Below are positions 39,955 through 52,327 of a stretch of DNA of 64,000 bases, piece by piece. The notes under the pieces are model-generated. The model made no database searches, was not told the DNA's origin, and saw only the letters and a program-made list of their open reading frames with translations. This DNA is from Balanoglossus misakiensis. Lineage: Eukaryota > Animalia > Hemichordata. How positions within the stretch are numbered: the first letter of the stretch is position 1; each line of letters starts with the position of its first letter. Position numbers and translations under genes: made by a program. The stretch lies in contig CM082579.2 in NCBI GenBank assembly GCA_040954595.2, forward strand, positions 15,166,550-15,230,549, given 5' to 3'.

Positions 39955-41385
39955 TACTGCAGTTACAGTCAGGACGTAAGTGGGATAATTAAACAGCAGG
40001 GGATCATGCAATGCAAACACTTGAACTGGCCAGTAACGTTTGAATTGCTCATTTGCATACAGTTTTTCAACTTTTTTCACAACGAAAGTTAAGCAACTAG
40101 CAACCCATTTCTGACAATTATTTCACCCCAGGCACATTACTGGTACTATGAGTGTACTACATGTGATTTTTCATGAAGTTTTATCGAGAAGAATTTCTTT
40201 ACTTCCACTGACAAAATTGTGATCTCGAAATTCAAAGTGACCTTGAAGTTACAAAAAAAAAATATCAGCCATACCCACACAAAAATTAACCCCCTCAGGT
40301 TTTAGAAACATTATTAAACTCCTCTATTCATAATTTTGACATGAATATATCCATGCCGAGAGTCAAGGACCACAATTTACTGTGCCATAGGTCAGTCCTG
40401 AGAAGTCAGTCAGCGTGAATAGTGTATAGACTCCTTATGTAATATGCTAATGAGAGATAACGACGCGTTGAAAAGGAAGCCATTACGTCATGGGTTAACA
40501 TGCGTTGACCTACTTCAATGCATACACATATGGCAAACACGGCTGTACTCGTCGATGGCGAAGGCAATTTTTACACCGTCATTACTCCACAACGGAGCGG
40601 CTCACACTATTATAATTTCACGGTAACTTAGTTCAATATCTTCCTAACCTACCCAATTTTTTTCAAGACAAGAAATCTTTGCCGAGAGTCAAGGACCACA
40701 ATTTAAACCAACATACCGAAACTGTCTTTCTCGGGAAAGCGTCGTTAAAACTTCACGAAAAAATCATCCTATCATTGACTATGGTGTTTCATACACGTCT
40801 TAGAAAAATGGGTGCACTACGATCACTTGTAGTACCGAAAATCTCCGTTTGAAAATTTTTCGAACTGGCCGTAACTGCCACTCAGCGACTTTCACATTCA
40901 AATAGATCTCTTTGATCTCACCGCCGTAATTACCCCACTTTCGTCCTGACTGGTTAATACTTACAAAGTGTATTACCTCCAACACCCCATGGACGGTATC
41001 ATGTCATCACCAGTAGCTATAGGTTCTTTTAACACCTTGAGAGAAAAAAATGGATTGTTACTGATAGATTACAAAGCACTGACAATACAAGAGGGGGAGG
41101 GGTAAGGTTTGTTGAGAGCAGTTGTTTTTTGCTAAACATTAGTGAAAATATGAAATTATTGACATGTAGGATTTCAATTTTATGATGTAAGAGTATTTTA
41201 TAATATCTCACCGGGACTTCAGTTGTCGCTGTAGTATTTAACCCAAGTTTAACTGTGCCACCCACGTCCATGCATGGCAAGGTTTTCTCTCCCAAAAGTT
41301 TCAGTTTGGTATCCCAGTTACCATCAGTTGCACTTACTCCACGCCTTCTAAGTTGAATGCGATTTACCATCACAGGATTCATACT
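39955..41385 (-). pseudogene. OB-fold gene paralog B remnants (exons 3-5)
   Basis: Exon 3 at about 41385-41212 (TDGNWDTKLKLLGEK..VGGTVKLGLNTTATTEV). Exon 4 starts AG|GTGTTAAAAGAACC at about 41036. Exon 5-like LYANEQFKRYWPVQV at about 40060-40010. Confidence 0.5.
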
Positions 41386-41865
41386 GTGGTGCAAAGACAA
41401 TTAAAAACATCGATTGTAAGTCATTTAGTAGTGATACCATTGTGACCAAACCTCGTTTTAAAATACATGTAATCTGTACTCGAAACTATCATTTTTTTCT
41501 TTCTAGAATATTAGAACGCGCTCAAAAATAAAAATGCGACCTGTAAGCGAGTGCCGCGTTTCAATTGGTACTGACGATAAACACCGCCACTCGGAGATAA
41601 AATCAACGTTTTTTTTTTAATGCAAGTGAACGCATGGAGGCGGCCATATTGAATTTAGGTTACATCCCAAGACATTCCGACTGGGCTTCAGGTGGATTCG
41701 GGAAAGGTCTCTAAAACATAATCGGTCATCCAATTTTGTATACTAAATTTCTAAAAATGTAGGACATGGGAGGTTAACATACCCACAATGACTACACACA
41801 AAAAAGGGCCCAGGCGTTTCGGGGTGCGATTGTTACGTACCTTAGCTCCATCATCTGCAACCATG

Positions 41866-42673
41866 CAGCCAAGGCGTGGCAGTGAAATTGTGCCTCATTG
41901 AGGATACAGTCTAGATCCGGAATTCAGCCAACGGCAAACTGTTTAGTGTGCCTTGTATGCAGCAGGATGGCAACGTTCTGGAACTTAAATTCTGGAAAGA
42001 AAATCCGAAATAGCTGAACAGATAACAGAAGAGAGAATACATACAGCTCCGCAACTTTTCCACTGGAAGATATAATACCATTTGCCTCTATGATAGAGCA
42101 AAGGTATGTTATAATCGCACCCCGAAACTTATGGGCCTTTTTTTTGACGTAGTCATTTTGGGTATCTTAACCTCCCATCTTCTACATTTTTAGAAATTTA
42201 CTCTACAAAATTGAATGACCCATTACATTTTAGAGACCTTTCCCGAATTCAACCGAAGCCTAATCGGAAGGTCTTCGGATGTAATCCAATATGGCAGCCT
42301 CCATGCGATCACGTACATTGAAAATCCATTGATTTCATCGCCGATTACCGATGTTTATCGTCAATACCGATTCAAACGCGGCACTCGTTTACAAGTCGCA
42401 TTTATTTTTGATCGCGTTCCAATATTTTAAACAAACTAGATTACTGATAAAAATGCTCAAAATTTTTCCTCCAAATGCCATCTTTACGGATTCAGTCACA
42501 CAACTTACAGACTACGCCAAACTTTTTTCCAGATCATACCTTGCGGGCGTAAAGCGATGGATATACCTGAAAAATTGGTAACAGAATTGTATCATCCGCC
42601 ACAAATAATGATATCAGAAGTCGAGATATCTCCACAGAAGAAGAGGGTGTGCGTTGTAGGAAAAGTCCATGAT
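41866..42673 (+). pseudogene. OB-fold gene paralog A: exon 1 (with stop), intron and exon 2
   Basis: Exon 1 ends LYDRAK|GT at 42103 and has TGG changed to TAG at 42010-42013. Exon 2 at 42533-42673 (AG..GT, phase 0) reads IIPCGRKAMDIPEKLVTELYHPPQIMISEVEISPQKKRVCVVGKVHD. Confidence 0.7.
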
Positions 42674-45105
42674 GTGAGTACTGTCAAATGTTGCACAAAT
42701 AGCCGTTAAACCTGAAATATAGATTGAAAGTGGATATTGTTTTACACAATTTTTGAACATTGAAGTAAAGTATTAGAATGATGGAATCCGATAAAAAAAG
42801 TGAGTTGGTAATTTCGGCATCCGACTTCGTTATTAAAAATGGAAAGGTTTGCGATTCGGTTCAAGTAGTATTTGCAAGTTTGAAAGGAAATATTTCATTG
42901 AAGTACAGTGGCAACTACTGCATTATTGAGAATCTTTGAAATGTTGATGAACGGAGACTTATAATAGAATAAATGAAAACCTACCTTTAACGGTGTTAGG
43001 GTTACTACACCTGACAGACCGCTGGTCTGCGTCCGACCGATTCTGAGCTCCTAGCTCTTGTGGAGACATGCGGAGGTACAGCGGGTTAACGGTTAGGAAG
43101 TGTTGATGAAAGGAATGATTAATTACATAGGCCAATCAGGATCCTGGAGTTAGATATTCGAGTGAAATGGTGGAAAAACGGGAATGCCGATTGGTTCAAT
43201 TTAACCGGAGGGAAATTGCTACATTATATGACGTCAGTTGCGAACGATAATGCATATATTAAGCTAAGGTTGAATCCGGTTTTTCCATCAAGCACAAGCA
43301 TATTTCAGTCATAAAAAAAACGAAGAGAATAACACTAAAAAAATATTTCCTTTTTAAAAACTTCACTATAGCATTATTATAATGATGTACGTCGTACATA
43401 AAATGATACACGTGACATCGACTTGTTCAGAGTTTTAAAACAGGTAGAGAGTGCCCATGGGTAACCCGAAAACACACAAACCGGGTAAAAAATGAAAGTC
43501 CTGCGAAGGCCAGGAGTATACACTGAAAAATTACAATAAATCTAGTACAAAGGTTTGTATCCTCACGAATAATTAACTCTGATTGCATAAGTTTATTTCC
43601 GTCTCATTACCTTCTGAAAGCAAATCACTCACTTGCCGGTAAAAGTTGAGTAAAATACTACATCTAAACTGCATAGCGATGGCGGCCCATAAAAATAATT
43701 GCCCAGTGTCCCACTCGCAATGCACAACTTTTTAGGCCAAGTGCTAATGATATTCGAATTTTCGAAGGTTACGCAATATACACATACATGTATAAATATT
43801 AATTTATGAACAATTTCCAGTGTTCACGCTGGGATTTCTTTCGTTCTAGTTTACTCGTTATATAATGTACCAATTCCCTCCGGTAAGTTGAGCCGATTCC
43901 CATCACTTTGAGCCAATCGATATTCATGGTTTTTCAGCATTTCAGTCGACTATATTTACACCTGTTGCATGTCTTTGCAGTTTTTGACTTGACGCTTACA
44001 ACCGAGTCGCACCGCACGCAGTACTATCTTGTTGTCTTCATGTTTAGTTGTTGTTTTGCGCACACTATTTGCACAAAAATATCTGCTCGTTTTGTTATCA
44101 ACGATCGAGTATATGTTAGGAAGTCCGACATAGAGAACTTTGTTCTAAATATTCAATGCCCCACAAATGATATACTACACTGCTCGACACAACACACCCC
44201 AGCCATACTCCATTAGTACACGCCACAAACACCGTATTTATACAGCCTGAGGGATTTCAGCTTCGAACTTATTGCCCAATCATATTCGACTATTTCCAAC
44301 CAATCCCCTTCTGACTAATTGACCAATCACACGCTTCGAGCATAATTTCCAAAAAAGGGAAAACTAACGAATTTGCTACATCTTTCCGGTTTCATCTTCA
44401 ACAGTTTCTAACATTTTTTTGGACCCCCCCCCCCCTCGATAAACACCCATACTCAAAGGGTAACTTCATTTAATTGTCAGTAAATAAAATCAATTCACAG
44501 TCTTATTACATGTACTATTTATAATATACTCAAATTTCCACTACAAAATATCTGTATATGTGCGTTAAATTCTGAAATCTTTCCACCCAAACCTCTAGTT
44601 ATGCAAATTTAAATTGCTGTCTGTTGCGTTCGCCTACGGTTTCTCATTTTCGGACATTCGAATCTAACTCCTGATTGGCCTATAAACTTATTTCTTTCAT
44701 CAACACTTTCTAACCGTTAACCCGCTGTACCTCCGCATGTCTCCACAAGAGCTAGGAGCTCAGAATCGGATGAACGAGACAAGCGGTCTCTCACGTTTAG
44801 TAACCGTAACACCGTTAAAGGTAGGTTTTCATTGATTCTAATAAGTCTCCGTTCATCAACATTTCAAAAATTCTCCATAACCCAGTAGTTGCCACTGTGC
44901 TTCAATGAAATATTTCCTTTCAAACTTGCAAATGGTAACCGAATCTCAAATCGCAAATCTTTCCATTTTTAATAACGAAGTCGGATGCCGCAATCACCAA
45001 CTCACTTTTTTATCGGACTCCATCATTCTAATACTTTACTTCAATTGTCAAAAATTGTGTAAAACAATATCCACTCTCAATCTATATTTCAGGTTTAACG
45101 GCGTT

Positions 45106-45998
45106 ATGGCATCCCCGGCTCCCGGTCCCTCATCCCCAACCAGCCAAGGCGTGGCACTGAAATTGCGCCTCATGGAGGATGTCGAGATCCGGAATTCCGC
45201 CAACGGGAAACTGTTTAGCGTGCCTTGTATGCAGCAGGATGGCAACGTTCTGGAACTTAAATTCTGGAAAGAAAATCCGAAGTGGCTGAACAGATTACAG
45301 AAGGGAGAATACGTACAGCTCCGCAACTTTTCCACTGGAAGAGATAATACCATTTGCCTCTATGATAGAGCAAAGGTACGTTATAATCGCACCCCGAAAC
45401 TTATGGGCCTGACTTTTTTTTGCCGTAGTCATTTTGGGTATCTTAACCTCCCATCTTCTACATTTTTAGAAATTTACTCTACAAAATTGAATGACCCATT
45501 ACATTTTAGAGACCTTTCCCGAATTCAACCGAAGCCCAATGGGAAGGTCTTCAGATGTAATCCAATATGGCAGCCTCCATGCGATCACGTACATTGAAAA
45601 TCCATTTATATGATACAACCATGCCTTGTCAACTCACCTCGGGTCAAAATTACTGCCATCGATTCATCATTTTGCAGTTCAAATTTTAAAAAGCAACTGA
45701 CAAAAAACAACCACTCTTGCACTATTTCTCCACAACATTTACTACTCGTAATTATTAACATTCAATGTTTTCCATTTTATTTCCACTACAGTATGAATCA
45801 GTGACACATACATCGAATTCTACAAAGAGACGTAAACTGACCATAACTGATGGCACAAGAGATGCTGAAGTCAACCTTTGGGGTGAGAAAACAGCGCTGC
45901 CACTGGATGTAGGTGCCACAGTTAAACTAGGCCCATTGGTTATCAACAGATATAAAACATCGTCCACATTAAATACAACAGCGACAACTGAAGTGGAG
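45106..45998 (+). CDS. Spliced OB-fold (RPA/ssDNA-binding-like) gene copy: exon 1 (45106-45375) and exon 3 (45792-45998); exon 2 deleted, downstream exons replaced
   Basis: Exon 1 MASPAP...VLELKFW..LQKGEYVQLRNFSTGRDNTICLYDRAK|GT. Exon 3 AG|YESVTHTSNSTKRRKLTITDGTRDAEVNLWGEKTALPLDVGATVKLGPLVINRYKTSSTLNTTATTEVE|GT carries the KR-L-I-D-T---V-LWG pattern of RPA-like OB folds. Both exons are phase 0. A 5'UTR intron spans 44821-45092. Confidence 0.65.
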
Positions 45999-46019
45999 GT
46001 GAGACATAAAATACTGTTC

Positions 46020-47440
46020 CTGATGCTCCGTGAGAACTGTCAAGTAGCCACGGTTCTAGGCGACATAGGATGGATGTCCACGGTACGGGAGGAGGCCATG
46101 CATGTATACGGGAAGGAAAAGAATGAAGCCAACCTGCCCGTACCATCCGACGCAGCCATAAAAACCTGCACACTACCTCGGGAGTTCAATCCAGGCCGCG
46201 TACGTGGGGGATTCGTTGGCCATATCTCCCCGCAAGAGCCCACAAGAACCACCACCGCAGCTGACGACCTGGAGGAAACTTTGAGCATCTTCCGGGATCC
46301 GCAGCTGGAAAAACAGGTACTCGGTGGCGACAAGGACCAGGCGATGGAGGTGTCGGAAGGGCCAGACCCACCCCGCACCCGTGTATCACCCCCAATAGCA
46401 GTAGCGAGAGACGGGGGAAACCAAGGGCTGCTGCAGGAGCCATCACCCCCACGCCAAGAAATGCTGCCGCTGCAGTCACTGATCAACCCATTGGAGCTGG
46501 AGGCGACGTTGGAGGCGGGGGAATATCTAATCCCCTGGGAACTTCGACGCCACCCCGGCAGCCCTACTAGGTCCAGATCCCCAACCCGGTCGCCGCGACC
46601 GGAGCGTTCTCGAGAGGAAAGGCGGGACCGCCCACCTTCCCGTGAACGACCATCCTTTTCACGCTGGGGAGATCTCAGCCCCAGACGTCGATCACCGATC
46701 CGGTATCCGACGCCGGAACCGCCCAAAGAAGACGAACGCCGCTGGAGGAGCGCCAGGCCGGCCCGAAGGAGCCCCCTATCCTCTGTTCCACATTACTCAT
46801 CAGGCCCTTCTCCATGTCCGTTCCCGGGAGGCCGGAGGTCCACGCGCAAACTGAAGAAACACGCCTTTCAGTGCCACCTTCCAGTTATTTTTACTGAGAA
46901 GCCGGTAGTATTCGGCGAGCGGGACGCGGTTGAGGCGTTAGAGAAACTCACCTATACTGGCTGTGTGGTCCAGGAAATGAAATACCCGACCTGCTAGACT
47001 TCTATATCCGCAGGGGCGGACCTGGACGGATCCCTACGGAATCCTTTTGTTCACCGGAGTCCATGGTGATGATGAAGCGCCTGTGCGTCTTCCAGGGGTG
47101 GGAGGTGCCGAACAGGTTCCGACTGAGCTCCCCCACCACACCAGCGATTCTCATCCACTGGCGTGTCCTTAGCATACTGCTGAGGTGGGTATCCCAATCA
47201 CGACAGGAAGAATTCCGGGAAATCCGACCTCACCGGAAAACATCATCAATCCGGACACAGCAACCAGAGAGGACGGGGGCGGAAGCAGTCGCACAGAATC
47301 CATCGACGCAGGGGGAGCGAGGACGCGCCAGGGGTTTTTGATGCATTTTTTATCCCCCAAGCGTGCGCGGAGGAGTGCCGAGTGGAAGACGCGCCCACCA
47401 CCATAGATGACCTCACTGACTACGATGTTGGTGTCCCCCC
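46020..47440 (+). other. GC-rich, TE-like coding fragment (RS/P-rich region, degenerate C2H2-like finger, PA.LIHWRVL motif)
   Basis: Sharp rise in GC content. ORF to 46997 ends CPFPGG..KLKKHAFQCHLP; after a stop and frameshift it continues as ..SPTTPAILIHWRVLSILL. Confidence 0.45.
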
Positions 47441-50400
47441 TGTTATGTTTCCATCAACATGGGAATAATAATGCGATCATAAGTTATAACAACAACCTAT
47501 TATTGATCGGCTGAAAAGACTCAACAATGTGCTTCGCCTTATCTGGGCGGAAGTGACGTCGTACAGCAATTCATAAACAAGTGGAACACCAACAATGCAA
47601 CACTAGAGGGCGCTATATTGATCGTAGCTGTCAGAATACTACATCCCCTCTTCTTTAAGATAAATTGTTTCAAAACTCTTTTTGAATACGAATGTCACTG
47701 TGAATTGTCCTGTGCAAACTCTGCATTCATCTTGAATCAGTCTTTGTCAAAATCAAACGCAACGAACATGAAAAATACTCTGGGAAAAATGTGATAAATT
47801 TTCCTCTGTATAACTCAACTTTCTGTGGAACAAATGGCGTATCTCAATATCAGAAAAAGCTATCAATCAGTCACATAATCTTTGTATCGAGACGGCTTTT
47901 GTATATTTGTTCTGGTTCGTGTTGATCTCAACGATTCTTGGGCTGGTGACGCTGGCATTGCGGGTTGTTGAGGCGGTGTTCCGTCTGTGACTGCTGGTGC
48001 AATATTGTGTTGATCCATCCCTGTCTGTGCTGGTTTCAGTTCTGCGCTGACTGGTTTCATGTGGATCCTGTTGCGTCGCATTTGTTTCCCGTTGTCTAAC
48101 TTCACGGTGTAGGACCTAGGTGTGTTTGCTGGGGCTACAACTCTCGCTGGACTCCATGTGTTGCTGATTGGGCTTTGTACATGGACTTGTTGACCTGTCA
48201 GCAATTCTGGTAGTTGTCTGGAGTGCTGGTCGTGGCTGGAAGTCTGGGCCTGCTGTTGAGATGTCAGGTATTGACGAACTTCCTCCCCGTTTCTTGCTGG
48301 GTGAATTTTGGCTGGGAGAGTTGTCTTGTATGCTCTGCTGTTCAGCAACTCAGCTGGTGATGGTATGTTGGACTTCAATGGAGTCGCGCGAAGTGCCAAC
48401 AATGCTAGATTCGGATCATCTCCGGACTCTTTGCACTTCATCAGGATGTTCTTCACGGTCTGTACATGTCGCTCGATAAAACCGTGCCCTTTGGGATAGT
48501 GTGGTGATGATGTGACTATCGCAAAACCATACTTCTCAGTTAGGCTGTGGAAGTCTCTAGCTGTAAACTGAGATCCGTTGTCACAAACTAGTTTCTCGGG
48601 TATTCCTTGCTCTGCAAATAGAATTCGGAGGGCTCTCATAATGGTACTGGCTCTGAGGTCTTCAAGTTTCCTAATGAAGGGGAACTTGGAGTAGTAGTCA
48701 GCAACTATCATGTACCATGTTTGGTTCACGTAGAATAGGTCTGCTCCAATTGTGTGCCACGGTCGTGGTGGAATTTCCATTGGAATCATCGGTTCCTTCT
48801 GCTGGGAATTCTGGAATTTCTGGCACGCGTTGCATCCTGTTACTAGTCTCTCTATATCTTTACAAATTCCAGGCCAGTACATGCTGGATCTGGCTCTCAG
48901 CTTGCATTTCTCGATCCCCAGGTGACTGCTATGAATGCGTTGTAGCATTTCATCTCTCATTACTGCTGGTATGAGGAGTCGGCTGCCTATCAGGATAATA
49001 CCATCTTCGATAGTGATATCGTCTCGAATAGACCAGTAGGGTCGAATATCAGCGTGAATGTCCTTGATGCTATCTGGCCATCCTTTCAGGACTTGCTGGA
49101 TCAATAATTGAAGAATTTCATCTTTGGTAGTTTCTTCTTTGATCTCCATCTGTCTCATTGGTGTGATCTTCACCAGGTGGTGTATCTAGACTTTCATGTC
49201 ACTGATTTCGTTCTGATCTTGTGGTGACAGTCTAGATAGTGCGTCGGCAAGTATCATCTGTTTGCCTGGCTTGTAGTGTATGGTGAAATCATACGGCTGT
49301 ATGCGCAACAGCATTCTCTGTAATCGGGGTGGTGCCTTGGTCAAATTCTTCCTCTGAATTTGCTCCAACGGTCGATGATCACTCTCTACTATGAAACTTC
49401 TGCCATAGAGATATGTGCGAAACTTCTCACATCCGTAGACTACCGCGAGTAGTTCTCTTTCTATATTGGCGTATCGGGTTTCCGCTGGTGTCAGGGCCTT
49501 GGACGCAAATGCTATAGGTCTCTGTTCCTGTATGAGCACCGCTCCGATTCCCTTTCCCGATGCGTCGACTTGTAGAGTGACAGGCTTCTTACGGTCGTAG
49601 TAAGCAAGTGTAGTCTTTGTGCTGATCAGGTCCTTGATCATATTGAAAGACTTTGTGTGTGTCGGAGACCACTCAAACTCAGTGTCGTCTCTGATGAGCT
49701 CTCTCAGTGGTGCTGTGTGTTCAGCTAATCTGGGTATGAATGAACCCATGTAGTTCACCATTCCGAGGAATGTGCGCAGTTCGGTCTTGTCTCTAGGCGG
49801 ATGCATCATCTCTATCGCCTTGACCTTTTCTGGGTTGGGTTTAACTCCGTCTTCTGTGTATAACATGCCAAAGAAACTACATTCTTTTGTCTTGATGTAG
49901 CATTTCTCTTTGTTCAGTTTAATGCCTGCTTTCCTGGTTCGTTCCATGGCTTCGTGTAGATGCAGGTCATGGTGTCGCTCTCCTGATCCGAAGACTTGTA
50001 TATCGTCTGCAATGCCGACTGCACCTTCACACTCTCTGTATGTTTCATCAATTTTGAATTGAAACACATCTTGGCTCATCCTTAGCCCAAATGGCATTCG
50101 TAGGAATCTGTAACGGCCATATGGTGTGTTAAAGGTCGTCAGGAAGGATGTTCTTCATCGATCTTTACATTCCAGTATCCGTTCCGCGCGTCTAGCTTGC
50201 TGAAAAGTGTTGCGCCTGCCAACTTTGGGGTAATCTCCTCCAATGTGGGTGTAGGGTAATGATCCCTTTTAATGGCTTTGTTCAAGTCCTTCGGGTCCAG
50301 ACAAATGCGAAGTCTTCCATTGTCTTTCTCCCGGACAACAAGAGAATTGACCCAGTTCGTAGGCTGGTTCACTTTGGCGATGATTTGCTTATCTTCCATC

Positions 50401-52327
50401 TCCTGCAGCTCGGTTTTGAGTCTATCCATTAGTTCTAATGGAACTCTGCGGGCAGGGTGTACTACTGGTTGTACTTCTGGATCAAGAGTGATGTGGTATG
50501 TGTAGTTTTCAAAACATCCGACCACGTCGTCAAAGCAATCAGGGTACATCCTCAGCAACTGTTCTTTGTTCTTTATGGGAGGGCGGTCCCTGATGGGTGT
50601 ATTACTGTCTATGTAGTCATCTGCAGGGTTTCTGTTTCTTCCTGCTGGCTTCTGTTCGTTCATCTTTCTCTTTTCCACTTCCACATTTCTTCCAGGCTGT
50701 GCTGTCTTGCACTCTGAGCTCGCCTGCACTTGTATGGCTTCTACTGAACAGTTTATTTGTATCAGGTTTAAGGCTCTGCTTGCCTTTAACCCTAAAATGG
50801 CTGGGCCTGCGGCGTCAGTTACATAGAAGAGGCATCTGATTTTCCTCTCTCTATGTTCACATGGAATGACGATGGTGCCAAGCTGTTTGATTTTGGAACC
50901 TCCATATGCGGTAAGGATTGTTTTATTTTCCTTCAAGTGCCCGCGTTTTGGATTTCCGTGTTTATCCAGTTTCTCTGGAAATATGATCTTGAAAAGGCAG
51001 AGGGGCAGTATATTGCTCTGTGCACCGGTATCAATCTTGCATCTCAGTGCTACTTTCCTTTTCTTTTCGCTCTGTGTGATTGTCAGTTTCGTGTATATTT
51101 CTTCTTGTCTGTTGATGTTGTCCAATGCATTTATTTCGATAGTTCCAACATCTAGGACTTCATCATCTATTTGATGCATGTTGCTGCTCGAGCGTGTCAC
51201 ATTATGGATTGGTTTTCCACCTCGTCTCTGCTGTGACTTCGGTTCGCTTGAGCTGGTTTTGGAACGGCATACCGCCTGCCAGTGATTAGGTTTCCCACAA
51301 TTTTGGCATTTCGAGCCATATGCTGGGCAGTTACTTTTCACTGAGGTGTCATGCTTTTTTCCGCAATGCTTACATTGTTTGGGGTGTGTCTTGTTGGGCT
51401 GCCTTTTTACTGCGTTGACAGCTTTGCTATCCACAGGATTAGCAATATGGCAATTTGTGAGCGTTTTCATGTGTTTTGTTGTGGCTTCGTGACCTCTAGC
51501 TATATCGAGCGCCTCCTTCAAGGTCAGTTTCTCATCACGCCCAATAAGTTTCTTCTGTATTTCTTGGTGACAGATCCCCCATATCAACTGATCTACGAGT
51601 CTTGCTTCCTGTTCATTTGTATCCCCAAATTTGCATTTGGCGGCTTCATTTTTCAATTTCGAAAAGAAATCATCAACTGGTTCTCCAGGGTCTTGTCTCA
51701 TATCTTGGAATTGGTATCTATGTATGCGATGATTCGACTTCGGCTCTAAGTGTTCGGAAAATTTGTCGAATAGTACTGTGGGGTCTTTCCGCTGGTCTTC
51801 ATTTTCAAACGACCAACTGTTGTATTTGTCAAGACCTGGTTCACCGGACCATAGAAGTATGTAGCTAGCCTTCTCTTCATCGTTAGCATCTTTAAGTGCT
51901 GTCTTAAATGTTAACTCACATTTTTGACGAAAACGACTGAAGGCTATTGCTAGATCTGGCGCGTCCCATTCCATCTTTGGGGCTGTGAAGGGCGTTTGTA
52001 GTGCGGCCGCCATCTTGTCAGGTCAGTTCGATGGTCTTTTCTTCTGTAGTTTTGGTGTCTTGTGTAGTCGATACTGTGTAAAGTCTGCTTACATCTGATC
52101 ACTCACGTTCACCGCTGCCACCATGTTATGTTTCCATCAACATGGGAATAATAATGCGATCATAAGGTATAACAACAACCTATTTATTGATCGGCTGAAA
52201 AGACTCAACAATGTGCTTCGCCTTATCTGGGCGGAAGTGACGTCGTACAGCAATTCATAAACAAGTGGAACACCAACAATGCAACACTAGAGGGCGCTAT
52301 ATTGATCGTAGCTGTCAGAATACTACA
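47441..52327 (-). mobile_element. Full-length Gypsy/Ty3 (Mag-like) LTR retrotransposon, inactivated
   Basis: LTRs at 47441-47643 and 52124-52327 (TG..CA; about 1 substitution and 1 indel). Inserted in a C run. PBS TGGTGGCAGCGGTG (tRNA-Leu-like); PPT AAAGAAGAGGGGA. Confidence 0.95.
47863..52013 (-). pseudogene. pol: gag-pol polyprotein with a 1-bp deletion (about 50150) and an in-frame TAG (49186-49188)
   Basis: Two Cys knuckles CKHCGKKH..C and CQNCGKPNHWQAVC; protease KIDTGAQSN; RT LDARNGYW, GIADDI; RNase H VDASGKGIG, IERELLA, SDHRPL; integrase HLG..C..C, GADLF, CDNGSQF, FIERHVQT. Confidence 0.93.

Larger units (their letters stand above)
30278..43090 (-). repeat. Arm 2 of the large inverted duplication, expanded by a tandem array and nested retroelements
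   Basis: Collinear reverse-complement matches to 22669-26178, as listed for arm 1. Confidence 0.85.

Noticed and set aside
44905-45597. 230-aa ORF as a single-exon gene
   Set aside because: It reads through intron sequence on both sides of the real exon (45093-45375); sister copies have indels in those flanks.
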